This document shows, in pieces, positions 26,006 to 39,500 of a stretch of 64,000 nt of DNA; the stretch's first letter is position 1, and each line of letters starts with the position of its first letter. The notes under the pieces are model-generated. The model ran no database searches. It worked only from the letters and a program-made list of their open reading frames with translations, and was not told the DNA's origin. The DNA is from Lytechinus pictus (lineage: Eukaryota): NCBI RefSeq assembly GCF_037042905.1, contig NC_087252.1:22012001-22076000 (forward strand). The letters run 5' to 3'. Position numbers and translations under genes: made by a program.

Positions 26006-29000
26006 TCATGGTCTTAGAGCCGAGGGCGGCACGATGCCAAACTTCGTGGTGACGTTGCTCTGTGCCTGCGCTGCTACGCTGAGAGAGAAGAGGTGCGCCA
26101 TCTCCATTTCCGTTCTCGTTAGTTCTATCGCTTGGTTGAAGTACTCCTGTGCAGCTGCCATGTTACCCCTGGATGGACGAGTAGAACGAGAGAATATAAA
26201 AGATGAGTGAGAGATGGAGATTGAGGGATCAAGAAGTTCTTAATTGACCTAACCACAGGTTCACTTTGGATGGATAAAACGAGAGAAGAGAAAGATTTGG
26301 AAAACCTGAAGGACTGAAGTAACCTTATTAAACACCCATTCACCCTTAAAGGGCAAGTCCACCCCATCAAAAAGTTGATTTGAATAAAAATCTAAGAGTC
26401 CAACAAGCATAACACTGAAAATTTCATCAAAATCGGATGTAAAATAAGAAAGTTATGACATTTTAAAATTTCGCTGAATTTCATAAAACAGTTATATGCA
26501 CATCCTGGTCGGTATGCAAATGAGGAGACTGATGACGTCACCCACTCACTATTTCTTTTGTATTTTATTATCCGAAATATTCTCATTTTCCCCTCATTGT
26601 CAAGTGAAACAACGATTGTTTTCTCCCTGAACATGTGGAATTAGCATTGTTTAACACTATATGGTTCTGTTAGGTTGGTCCTTACTGTCAAATCTTAAAC
26701 TAATGAAATATTGTATAATTTAAAAAATAAAAAATAAAAGAAATAGTGAGTGATGGACATCATCGACCGACTCATCTGCATATCACTGTTTTGTGAAAAA
26801 TAAGGGAAACTTTGAAATGCCACAACTTTCTTATTCTACATCCTTTTTTGATGAAATTTTCAGCGTTCTGCTAGTTGATTTTACTCTATTTATTCAAATC
26901 AACATTTTTCTGGGGTGGAATTGACCTTTAATGAAAGGACAGAACAAAAGAATATAAAAAGAGAATTGAGAGACGAAGATTGGGAAATTCAGAAGGCCTG
27001 AATCTAACAACCTGTTCAAACAAACAATTAAAAGAGTAATTTGAGCGCCAAACGAGCTGATAAATCGAACCTCAACTGTTGGATATTTATGTCACAATTT
27101 TCCATGGTTAAACCACAACTTTAGGCTGGAGTTTAAAGGGGAATGAAACCCTTGGAACAAGAAGGCTTTTGTCAAAACAGAAAAATCAAAGAATAAGAAC
27201 AAAGAAATTTTGAGAAAAATTTGACAAATAATGGGAAAGTTATGAGCATTTGAATATTGCAATCACTAATGCTATGGAGATCCTCATATTGGCAATGCGA
27301 CAAGGATGTGTGATGTCACATGTGAACAACTTTCCCTTTGATGGACTATAAAATACCCCCAAAATGTCTCTTTTTGCTTTTTCTTATGGTGATACAAACT
27401 CATTATCCATGATGTATTTTTTGAAAATCTGTATTACATGCCCTCCTATAGAAAGAACACATGATCTAATGACAGATGTGATAAAAGAGGCAGTTTAAGT
27501 AAAATATATACTTAAGTAATGGGGAGAGTTGTTCACAAGTGACATCACACATCTTTGTCGCATTGCCAATGTGAGGATCTCCATAGCATTACTGATTGGA
27601 ATATTCAAATGCTCATAACTTTCTTATTATTTGTCCGATTTTTCTCAAACTTTTGTTGATCTGTTTCTTTGATTTTTCTGTTTTCACACAAGCTATCTTG
27701 TTCCAAAGGTTTCATTTTCCTTAAAATTAAACCTGGCTTCAGGATATGGGTCTCTGTGTGTAAGACAACGAGAGACAGATAGATACAAAGGGACAAAAAC
27801 ATAAAAAAGAGTGAAATAAAGAAGTAGAAGTATTTATCTCCATATCAAAAAGCATATATACAATAAATGTACAGTGGATTGCCCAGCTTGACTTCAGCAT
27901 GACTGGCACAGTAATGCTGGTTTCTGTGGGGTCCAAGAAGAAATAAAGAATTGGAGGGTATTACAAAGTGGAAAGCAAATTTTCAACTTCAAGGACTAAC
28001 ATAACTTACCTTTGAACTTCAATTGTACCAAGTGTTTCATATGCAAAGTCACATCTGCTATCTATCTCCAGTGCTTTCTGTATCATTCTAATTGCTTGTT
28101 CTGGATCCTTTTTCCATGCTAGATATAAGAGACTGAAAACAGAAATATATATGGGGCTACAGCATTTAATATTCCTTTCCAGTCAAATACATGGTCTACA
28201 TGAAATTAATGATTTCAGATCAATTCAATAACATATTCAATCTTTTTGTTCTGGAACCTTTTTCCATGCTAGATATAAGAGACTGAAAACAGAAATATAT
28301 ATGGGGCTACAGCATTTAATAGTCCATTCCAGTCAAATACATGGTCTACATGATTTTGGAGTTGGTTTCAGTATATAGACATAAAGAATATATTCTTGTG
28401 AAAGCAAATTCCTGAAATTTGTAAAAGAAAAAATGTCCCCTTATCTAAGTGTATGCAAAAACATTTGAAGTATATTCAATTATGTGATTTCTTGCAAACA
28501 TCATTGTAATTACATACCACCATTTTACTTTGTTCTGTTGAAAATGAAGTAAAAACAATCTGAAAAAAATTTGAAATGATTTGCAGAAAGTGATGAAATG
28601 ATAGGTAATGTAATGTTATGTAATATTTTGCAATTCCCAGCTAGAACCTTTATCATACTATCAAACGAATATAATTTCAAAATTTTGAGCATATTGTGTT
28701 CACTACGGGCCAGAACGGTATCTCTGTCTAGTTTCATTAAAGATTTTGAAAGGCATTCTTACCCGCGGTGGACGTATGCTGTAGGGTTATCTGGTTCTAA
28801 AGCTACTGCTTTGAGGAAGTTTTCATCGGCTTGTTGGAACTGCCCTTGGTCATTCAAAGACTGTGGATAAACACAATAAAGATAAAAATATACGATGCTA
28901 GAAGATGGGCTTGTTATATAAGGTAGGCAATTAGTCAAATCTCCTCCACTTTAGGCAGTTGTCATTGGCTTATTGAAACTACCTCTGGCCATTAAGACAC

Positions 29001-32000
29001 AACTTGATAAACACAGTCAAGGATAATTAATATACATTTTTATGAGATTACATGCACTGGGCAAGAAGAGTGGTATATAGTTGTTAAAAAAAAATCAAAT
29101 TTGGTGCCAGACTAGATATTTATAATGGCAAAAATAATATCTTCCTCTCTGTTTCTCTTTCCATTATTTTTTTAACAGAACTTGATGAGATCAAGAGGGG
29201 CAATAAAAGAACTTGCATAGATACAAATAAAGATCCGCACTCGTCTCTCATATTTACAGGTTGTAGGAAGTTATGAGACTCTTCAATATATCCCTTGTCA
29301 GGGATGTAGTCAAGGCAGATACTTCCCCCGAGTCACGAGACCGCTGGAGAAAACCTTCTCGCATAGACTTTGCACATGTGACTCGGCTAGAGGCAAAGGC
29401 CAGAGCCAGCAAAATGTGACCTTGACTACATCCCTGCCCTATGTATATACCCCCCTCTGTAGGCAAGAAGTAGAAGTAGAAAAGACTGTTGCCTTACCTG
29501 TGCATAGAGAGCGTAGGCCTCGGCGCACTGGCTAAACTTCTTACAGCATTCTTCAAGGGCCTTGACGGCAGCCTGCATCTGCATTGGACTCTGGACCATG
29601 ACGGAGAGGCGGTAGTTGGCGTAGCAGTGCTGGGCGTGGGCCAGGGCAAAGTCAGGGCTCAGTGAACTGCACTTCTGGAAGTCCTCTACGGCTTTGTCGA
29701 CTCGTTCTAAGAGGAGCAAGAGCTGTGTTGGGAGATGGAGGAGAAGAGAACATGTCAAAGGGTTTTCCTTCTTGTTGTTCCCATTGCTATTATCCTCGCC
29801 ATCACCATTACAAGAGCAAATTTGCCGTCATCATCATCACCAACATCAACATTTGCTCCACCACAATCACAACCACCACCACCGCCACCACTATCATCAC
29901 CACCACCACTATCATCATCACCACCACCACCACCACCACCATCATCACCTTCATTATTACGACCATCGTCACTATTACCATCACAGAAGTCACCATCACC
30001 ACCATCATCTCCATTATCATCACCACCACCATCATCATCATCATCACTATCATCATCATCGTCATTACCATCACCATCATTATCAAGATTATTATCTTCA
30101 TCATCCTCCTACTACTCAAACCAAACTCACCAACATGAGCATCATAGTCATCATCATCTTCCTCCACCTCTTTATTATCATCACTATCATCATCTCCTTC
30201 TTTCTCCTTACTATCACCAAATTCATCATTACAATCACCGTCATCATTATCACCGCCACCTTCATCATCACTACCATCACCACTTTTGAACCAACGTATC
30301 AGTATTTTTTTAAGGCCACTCACCTGGCCTCTATGATGGTAGACATCTGCATTGTCTGGATCTATGGTAGCCGCTTGCCCAAAGTCGGTCATGGCTTCCA
30401 TCTGCTGGCCCTCCTGCATGTGCATGCTTCCACGCTTGATCAATGCATTCGCTTTCAACTGCAAACAGAAGAAAATTGAATACAACACATTTCATAATAA
30501 TTAAAGCGCCTATTACAACCAAGCATGAGTGTTTCATGAAGCTGTTTGTGAAGTAACGCACAACTTTACGCACGACTAAAACATGTATGGCAAGTTCCCC
30601 CAAGTCTGCGCAGTCCCCCTTGTCTGCGCACTCGCGTATCTGCGCGATTCTATTAAAAGAAGATATGCAACGAACACAGACTTAACACATGCAATACATA
30701 GACAGGTATTCATAAAAAAATTTGACTCAAATTAATGGGAAAATAATGAATTTAGGGCAATTCATGTGACAGCCTCAAAATGCAGCCTTTCTCATAAAAA
30801 TCCCCGAATCATGTGCAAAGTGAATGGGTGCGCAGACACGGGGTACCATTTTTTTTTCAATCTGAAAATGACTGCCCAAGGTTTTTTCAAGAAAATCCTA
30901 TATTTTCTTTCATTTTTTTAATGAGAAATTTGGTACACTTACTCTTAATAATATAAGGAACATTATTAACTGAAAGGTTTTCTGAAATAAGAAGAAATTC
31001 ATGTTAAATCTTAACTCAAATTGTTAGGTGCGCAGACTTGGGGCCCACCATCATACATGTTATTAGGTGATAAGACACTTACAGGGAGATATCATTTAAC
31101 ATAACAAAGGTCACCAGTCGTGCAAAAGGTCTTTTGTCTAATGAACAGCATTATGAAACACTGCCCTTCTTTACAAACCCAACTGTGCAGAAGGACCACC
31201 TTCTATGAATACATGTGGTCTGCCTGATGAATGCTCTCTGGGACGGGGTATGGCAAACCTAGATCATCTGTTGCCTTTTTACGTAGATAGCTAATATTTC
31301 TGACAAAATTAATTCTTCCCTTTAAGTGGTTACCATGGTTACATAAATGCATCATTATTCTTTCATTTAATATCTATTCGTTGTGGATAAGCTTGTTTCT
31401 TCTTGGAGGGCCCACACCTTGTGTATAATATCAACTGAAAACATTTTACATATTGTTTTCACAATGAATAGAATTAAATAAAATCTCTCGATGTACCTTT
31501 TTATCTGCTTCTGGTAATGTGATGACTTTATCCAAATCAGGCCTGGCTAACGTCCCCTGGCCTTTGAGAAGATAAAATGTCGCCCTCATCAGCAGAGCCT
31601 CTGGTAGCTTTGAACCTTCGCTGTCGATCTCCTCCGTGCAGGCGTCAATGATGGTCTCGTAGTTACCCTCTTTGAAGCAGTGCTTGGCCTTGGCGTAGCC
31701 AGCACTGGAGGGAAAGAGAGACAGAGAGAGAAAGAGGATTAGTACTATAATCAGTTTAAAGCTAAATGGAAGTAGTTGCAGCAATAATTTCATGAGTCAT
31801 GAGATGATGAATGAGATCATGAGTCTTTGAATCAAGATTGTCACCATGTCATGGGATATCTAGATCTTGTTTACTTACATTTATCTAACATGAAATCATG
31901 AAATATAAGCTATTCAACTACCACACTTAATATTACCAACAAAGATAAACACATGTGGGACAATGTATTATCATTGCTTGGAAAAAGAGCTCACATTAGG

Positions 32001-35000
32001 CTGAAATGCCATGCTTGTTTTGTCAATTTCTCAGCAATTACATATTTTCCACCAGAATCTTTTAGCAGCTATTTTTTTTACTTACACATATTCATGTACC
32101 CCTTGAGTGTGATTTCATTGGATTCTGTTTTAACTCATTTCCAGATTTTTACCAGGGCCCGTCTTATAAAGAGTTGCGATTAATCCGATCAGTCGCAACT
32201 ATGGAAAGCCAGCAAAGTCAACATACAAAATACATGATTGTTCAAAAAAATTTCTAGATATGAATGTATATCCATAAACACATTGATTTCTTGACAATTT
32301 GGTGTTTTTGCCTTTGTTTACAAAGGACAATTTGCAAATTTCCTTTAGAAAAATTATGACATTGTTGGATTTCCATGGTTACAATTGATTGGATCAATCG
32401 TAACTCTTTGTAAGACAAGGCCCAGGACTTGTATTTCTGTTTAAGCTGTAAAGATATTGGGCCGTATGCATAAAAACAAGCAATTGCTTGTGCTAGCCTT
32501 TTGCTTGAATCGGTATGCACACAAACAAGCAATTGCTTATAAGCAAAAGCTTTTGCTTACAAGCACAAACAATTGCTTACTACTCGTAAGCAAATGCTTA
32601 CCAAACAAGCAATTGCTTAAAACCGTATGCATAAAACAAACCTTTTACTTGTCTTGATAAGCAATTGCTTGCGTTTTTTCAAGCTCCTCCGGACCAGCTT
32701 GAGCTCTTGCTTACTCATGGCATTCTCGTTTAAGGATTAAATTTTCATACCGTTTCAAGCTCCATATTCCAGAGGTTATGTTGTGATTTCATATCTAATC
32801 AAATTCCTGTTATTTTAGACTTTTTACGGCAATTTTTGTCCATCGATCTACACAGAAACCCCCCTGATGCTCTGCGCTGTTTTCCCCCTATTTGCGTAAT
32901 AAAACATACTGCTGCCAGGTCGGGCACGAAGCGTCGTTGTCCTACAGTGCGATGTTCGCACAACCGTAACGATCCTTTGTCCAACACATAAGCAATTGCT
33001 TAGGCAGTGCAAGCAAAAAGTTTCAGCACAAGCAAAAGCTTTGCATACGAATTTAAGCAATTGCTTGAACTTGCCCTTTTGCTTGACCAGCTCTTGCTTT
33101 TGCTTATAAAAGCATTTGCTTATAAGCAATTGCTTGTCTTTATGCATACGGCCCAATGTCTTGGAATTGCAGAAGAAAATCTACCACTCTTGCCAATTTG
33201 TGATTCATGAGCACTGAAATAACATAGCAATGATCCGATTACTAATGATACACTAACACTAACAGATCCTATAGCAATTACAGATTATCATCACCCCAAT
33301 AATTGATTTCGTACACTCAAGACCACAAAGTATCTCCACTCCCTGGGGAGTAAGAGCATAATTACCTACCTGAGTCATCTGGAGAGCAGTAATCTTCTTC
33401 ACTTGTATTTGATTGTTTATTATACACTAACAAGAATTCCTATAGCACTTACAGATTATCATCACCACAATCATTGGATTCATTCACTCAAGACCACAAC
33501 AATGTATGCACTTTCTCCACTCCCTGGGGAGTAAGTTAATTACCTTGCGAAGTCATCCGGAAAGCAGTAATCTTCTTCACTTGTATTTGATTATTTATTA
33601 TACACTAATATTGGTTCCTACAGCACATCACCCCAAACATTGGATAAGGATTCATCAACTCAAGACCACAGACAATGTCCTTTCTCCACTCCCTGGGGAG
33701 TAAGTTAATTACCTTGCGAAGTCATCCGGAAAGCAGTAATCTTCTTCACTTGTATTTGATTATCAACAACAGTTTCATAAACACTTACAGATTATCATCA
33801 CCCGGATCATTGGTTTCACTCACTCAAGCCCTCAAACAATGTATGCACTATATCCACTCCCTGGGGGAGTGAGTTAACTATCTTGAGAAGTCATCCGGAA
33901 AGCAGTAATCTTCTTCACTTGTATTTGATTATCAACAACAGTTCCATAAGCGCTAACAGATTATCATCACCTGGATCATTGGTTTCACTCACTCAAGCCC
34001 TCAAACAATGTACGCATTATCTCCACTCCCTGGGGAGTCGGCAAAAACATTATTACCTTGCAAAGTCATCCGGAGAGCAGTAATCTTCATCACTTGTATT
34101 TGAGATGCCGTCATTTGAGAATGACGAGAAGTAGGACCTGATGAACTGACCGGACGGTAAGCTGGGTACTCTCTCCTAAAATGGGATATATCAAAAAGAA
34201 AATTAATCACTTCCAACACAGTTAACTTCAAACATGAAAAAAAAAAAAATTCTAACAGGAGTTGGTTCCCACTCACCATCCTCCTTACATGAACACATTC
34301 AAACATAAAATAAATCTTGAAATTCTCTCCTAACTTTACATATAAAATTTAATCTTGACCTAAATCTTGAACACAATCACACATTTTGAATTTTTCATTC
34401 AAATACTTGTAAACAATAAAAAAAATATATAATTAGATTTCAACTTTAGCAGACGGTAATCGAAAGGGATGAGAATCTTATTCAGCACTCTACAAAAAAC
34501 ACCAGTCATACATGTGTATATCTATACATACAATTGAGCCTAGAATCTGTGAGCCTTGCCTTAAAGAAATAATCCCTTTTGCAGCTCATACTAGACGATC
34601 TGTTTTTTATTTTGGACCACTCTTTCGGAACTCATTACCTAATTTTGTTAAATTATCAAAATCTTTAAATCAATTATAATAAACGTGCATGTCTCCAAAA
34701 CAAAACACTTCTAAACACGACTTTCCATTTATTGTAATGATTTGTTTTCACCCCCCTCCTTCTTTCTCTTAGACTTATTTGTAATTATGTTATGATTATG
34801 ATTGTATTGTTATTGTTTATTTTACATGTATTAATATGATTTATTCTTACTTTGGGGCCAATTCATACAAGCAGTTGTGCTTTCTTTGACCCCTCCACGT
34901 GTAATATATCTCTTAATGTCAATGATATATGCATATTGTTAACTGCTTTTTTTTTTGGAAATAAATTTGAATTTGAAGCTAAACTGGGATGGGTGCATGT

Positions 35001-36562
35001 GTAGTCAACGGATGACAGTGACGTTGGAGGTTATATACAATAGAAAGTGGAGGGTGCAAGTACAAAAATGGCCAATCGGTTTATAATAACCTAAGTCCAG
35101 CAGGTGGCTGCAAACTTCTGATAACTGGGAAGGCAGCCGCCTTGAAAGTAGTGAGGGAAGGTGTGTTCATGTTGCACATTACTTATGAATAGCTTTATGA
35201 AACACAATCCGGGAGAGATTCCTTGAACATTACAGTTGAACATACCGTGTATTTCTCAGCTGCTTTCTCTTTGCCGATCTCCTTGAGCATCTTGTCGGCC
35301 AGTATCATGCCTTGCTGATGTGAGAATCCTTCTAAGAGACATACTGCAGTCGCATCTATAGAGGGCGACAAAAAATAAATTAATGAAAGTGGAAATGATT
35401 TGATTTCTCTTTGCCAATCTCTTTGAGCATCTTATTCAGCGAGTATCATGCCTTGCTGATGTGAGAATCCTTCTAAGAGACATTCTGCAGTAGCATCTAT
35501 AGAGGGCGACAAACAACAAATTAATGAAAGTGGAATGGACTTCTTTCATAACTGTATATCAGGTATAAATTGGAATGTTATGTACCAGTATATATTGAAT
35601 TCAATAAGAGATTTAAAAAAAAAAAGCATGTTCAAGTCACATCTTCAGCTTCTTGATTTGTAATTATAGACATCTTAAAATCACAATTTTCTTTTTCTTT
35701 CACATACCAAATTATGATCTCTTCAATGTTTTTATTTCTTTAATTTTCTTCTCCTGTTTATTCAATTCATTTCTTGACCCCATTTCATAGAACTCATTCG
35801 ATGCCTCCACCCTTTACCAAAAATGTTCTCAGCCAATCCAATAGCATGACTTCAGGAGCATATAATAGTAGTTGTAACTTGTCATTGATAGCAAGCAATG
35901 GTGAAACCACAGTATACATGTATCCACAGATCTTTAATTGAGTTACTCGGGGGGGGGGGGGGGGTCACAAAGAGTTAAGTTTGACTTCGAGTCGCACTTA
36001 AATTTCCGGTTGCATGCTGTATAAAACGCATCACCGCATTGGGGACGCGTGCTATTGCGCATTAATCAATAAAACTGCGTGTTACAAATCATGCGTGCAT
36101 CAGTACTAAGCATGAATTCAAGACTTTTAAGTCATACTTAATTTTTGTGAAACACCCAACAGGGTTTCACAAAACAAAGTTCAAAGCTCTTAAAATCAAA
36201 TTGTAGAAATGACCCTACCTTCCAAACATTTCATTCTCTCATTCATCATCTCAAAGGCCTTTGCTCGGCGGAAGAGGGCCTTCACGTATCTACTATTCAG
36301 CTCAAGCGCATTGTTACAATCCGCCACTACCTGGGCATGGTTTTTCTAAAGAAGCAAATCAAAAAAGAAAAAGGAGTCAATTTCTACTTAAAAGACAGAA
36401 TTCATGGTACATGTAGTACAAGAAGCTTGACAAGAAATACTGGGAAGATGATTGTCAAAAAATATCTAAAAATATAGTACAAGGACTTCATATTAAAGCA
36501 TATATGTGGCCATAGGGTAATCTAGTTTAATTATCTTTCACTACAGTTTAACCCTAATTCTC

Positions 36563-36593
<31 letters not shown>

Positions 36594-39500
36594 ATAATGG
36601 CCCCCCCCTCGACAATTTTTGCGATATATCTGCTGCGCAAATTTTGAGAGCAAATTTGTGACGCCCGGGTACGCGGTTACGACATTACGCAACATTATGT
36701 ACATGTAAGTGCATGTCAGACCCCAAATTGCTCATAAACGTGATTTCATGTACAAATCCAATGCAGATTGTGTATCAGCCAAAATTCATAAATGTATCAT
36801 TATTTCTACTTTTACTGATTAAACTTAATTAATTTTGCCTTGTTTATGATCAGAATTAAGTCTGGAACGATTTCCATCGAAAAAACAATATAAAAACAAA
36901 GAAATACATAAGAAATTAAAAAACCAATAAAATACATAAGAAATCGGTCTTGGTACCAGAATTTTTTTCATTCACAATTGTTAGGAATGCTATAAAGAAT
37001 ATTTTCACCAAAAAATAGCATTCTAGGAGCTTTATTTAGTGAATCAGAGCAAAAAGTATGATTTCATGAATAAATTAGCATAATTAATTCATATAAAATA
37101 AAAATATATGAATTCAGTGAAATTTACCACTGCAACTGCGTAGATTACGTCATTCTCTACCGTCATGCAAAGTTTTGTTGTGATCGCGCAATCCGCGGCT
37201 GAGATCTTAAGGGGGGGCCATAATGGCCCCCCGCCCCGGGAATGACAAAAATCAAAATACCCCGGGAGATTTAGGGTTAAAGAGAAATTCCAGTAGTTGC
37301 AGTAAACACTGATTTCATGAAAAAGTCTGTTAAACCAGGCTTAATTGTCAGTATATCATCGAGGATCTAGATCTGGTACAGTTACATAAACTGAACTTTG
37401 TGAAATCTTGAATTCTACGCTGAAAAATGTTCAGACTGAACTTCCCCAACACAGATAAGCGCACCTGGGACAGTGTATAATTATTGCTTTGAGCGTCGGG
37501 CCCGACGCTCTACCCGAATCCTGTGCTTATTTGCTGATTTCTCAGCAATTACACAATTTCTTCCAGAATCCTTTGGCACATGCGTTTTATTTATACAAAC
37601 AGACACTTTCGTGGTCATTTCAGTGGATTCTGTACGAACTCATTTTGATATCGTTACCAAAACTGGCATTTACCTTTAAATGAAGACAAATGATTTAACA
37701 TATTAGGGACTTTAGTTTAGCTGCAATCTGTGAATTGCCAAACTTTAGAGTAGTGGGACAAAGTGTTTTATTGGTCTTTTTACCATTGACACCACTGTAT
37801 TCTTACCATCTGTTCATGGTCAGCAACCTGTTTCTCGTAATATATTGAGAGATCTTTGGCATTATCCTTTGGGCTAATATAACATTTTGAAATGTATTGT
37901 TCAGAGAGGGAAAGGGGGACAAAGGTTTTTTTTTCTTTCTTTTTTTTACCATTGTTGTTCTTAACATTAGCTCATGAGCAGCAGCCTTATTCTAAATATT
38001 CTGATTAAATGTTGAGACATAATTGCCATTGTCCTTTGGGCCAGTAGAATATTTTGAGACTTACAATTTGAAGAGAGGGGGGATTCTATATTCATTTTTT
38101 AGCCATTAACAGTAACACTACCATCTTACCATCTGTTCGTTGGCAGCAGCCTTATTCTGGTAGAACGTTGAGAGATCTTTGACGTTGTCCTTTGGGCATA
38201 TCTCGATGGCTTGGGAGTAGAGCTTGATGGCTTGCTCATAGTGTCCTGCCTTGAAGTACTTGTTGCCCCGGAGCTTGGCTGCTTGGGCTTGCTCTTCAGG
38301 GGTCTGGTGCATGGTGAGAAGATCGAATCAACATTTATCATCGTATTCATTTTATCATGACTTTACTGCTGTTAAGATAGTGTTAAAAAAATAAGCACTA
38401 GTAGAATTACACACACAAGGTACTTATGGAACAGTTCTAACATGTCCAAGGCATAGGGACCATCTCCAAGGTGACAAGCAGTGAATGAGCACTTTTGGAC
38501 TGGTACGAGATGACGTCATTTTTTGGCGTTCCATATGCCTCAGGTCCTCAAACACTATCAGAATCGAGAACCTCGCCACATCCATTTTGCGGTTCTCCTA
38601 AATCATAGACGACGTGCACGTGAGTGACGTCATTTTAACCGCTCAAGCCCAGCATGAAGATCAACCTTTCCCTTTTAAAACACATTTTGCAGTGACTTTT
38701 CACAAAATTAATGTAAGTTGTACGATGCATTCTGTTTATCATATTTGAAATTGCTTTCTGATCTCCAAAATATACATCGATATATATCCTAACTCGCGTA
38801 AAAAGGAATCAAAGCAAGTGAAAGGGCACATGTGCACAAGTTGCACCTTCGCATCACCCGACCGGGTCGCCAGGCGATGGTGCGCCAGATCTTCCGGGTC
38901 GGGCAGCGTGTCATGACCCGCTGGTTATCACGCTGTTTCATGTGGACGTACGTACACGTACAAGTCGAGTGAAATCTAAAGTATTCGCATCTGTAGTGAA
39001 CAAGGGCAGACGACGACGTCGACTCGAACGATCAGATGACTGCTACGTCGTTCACGTTCACTGCTCCTAAAACTTGCCAATAATTTTGCTTTACAAATTT
39101 GAATAGCATTTCTGTCCATAAGAGAAAAGCTCTCAACTACATGTAAGTAATGTACAGCCCTATGTGAAAATATGCTATACAAAAGACTGAATGCATAGCA
39201 GTTTTTCACAAATGTGGAGCAAATTGTGATGCGATACCAGGAAAATTATTCCCTGAACAAGTGTGTATATTACTCAATACCCGAGCAATATTATGTGTCT
39301 TATATTGTTTAAAAGAGAGTGAATCATGTTGGTCCATACTTGTGTGGTCGTAAGTGCCTAAGAGTAAGACCACAGGGTATGGGTACGCGCACGTCCCTAA
39401 ATGGGGAGATCGCGAACGGACGGCTGTGCGTTCGCAAGGGGCCTTGCCTGCGTGGAAGCCATCTTGATCACTTGAGAGTCAACCGGTGCGAGACGAGGAC

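Noticed and set aside
31181..31295. H/ACA-like pattern on the minus strand in TOMM70 intron 6 (AGAGCA ... ACAGTT)
   Set aside because: The lower stems are very weak, the spacing of the second hairpin is non-canonical, and I recognise no target.
33245..34103. Regularly spaced repeats that look superficially like a CRISPR array
   Set aside because: The 'spacers' are homologous to each other, the unit derives from a TOMM70 exon, the context is eukaryotic and there are no cas genes.
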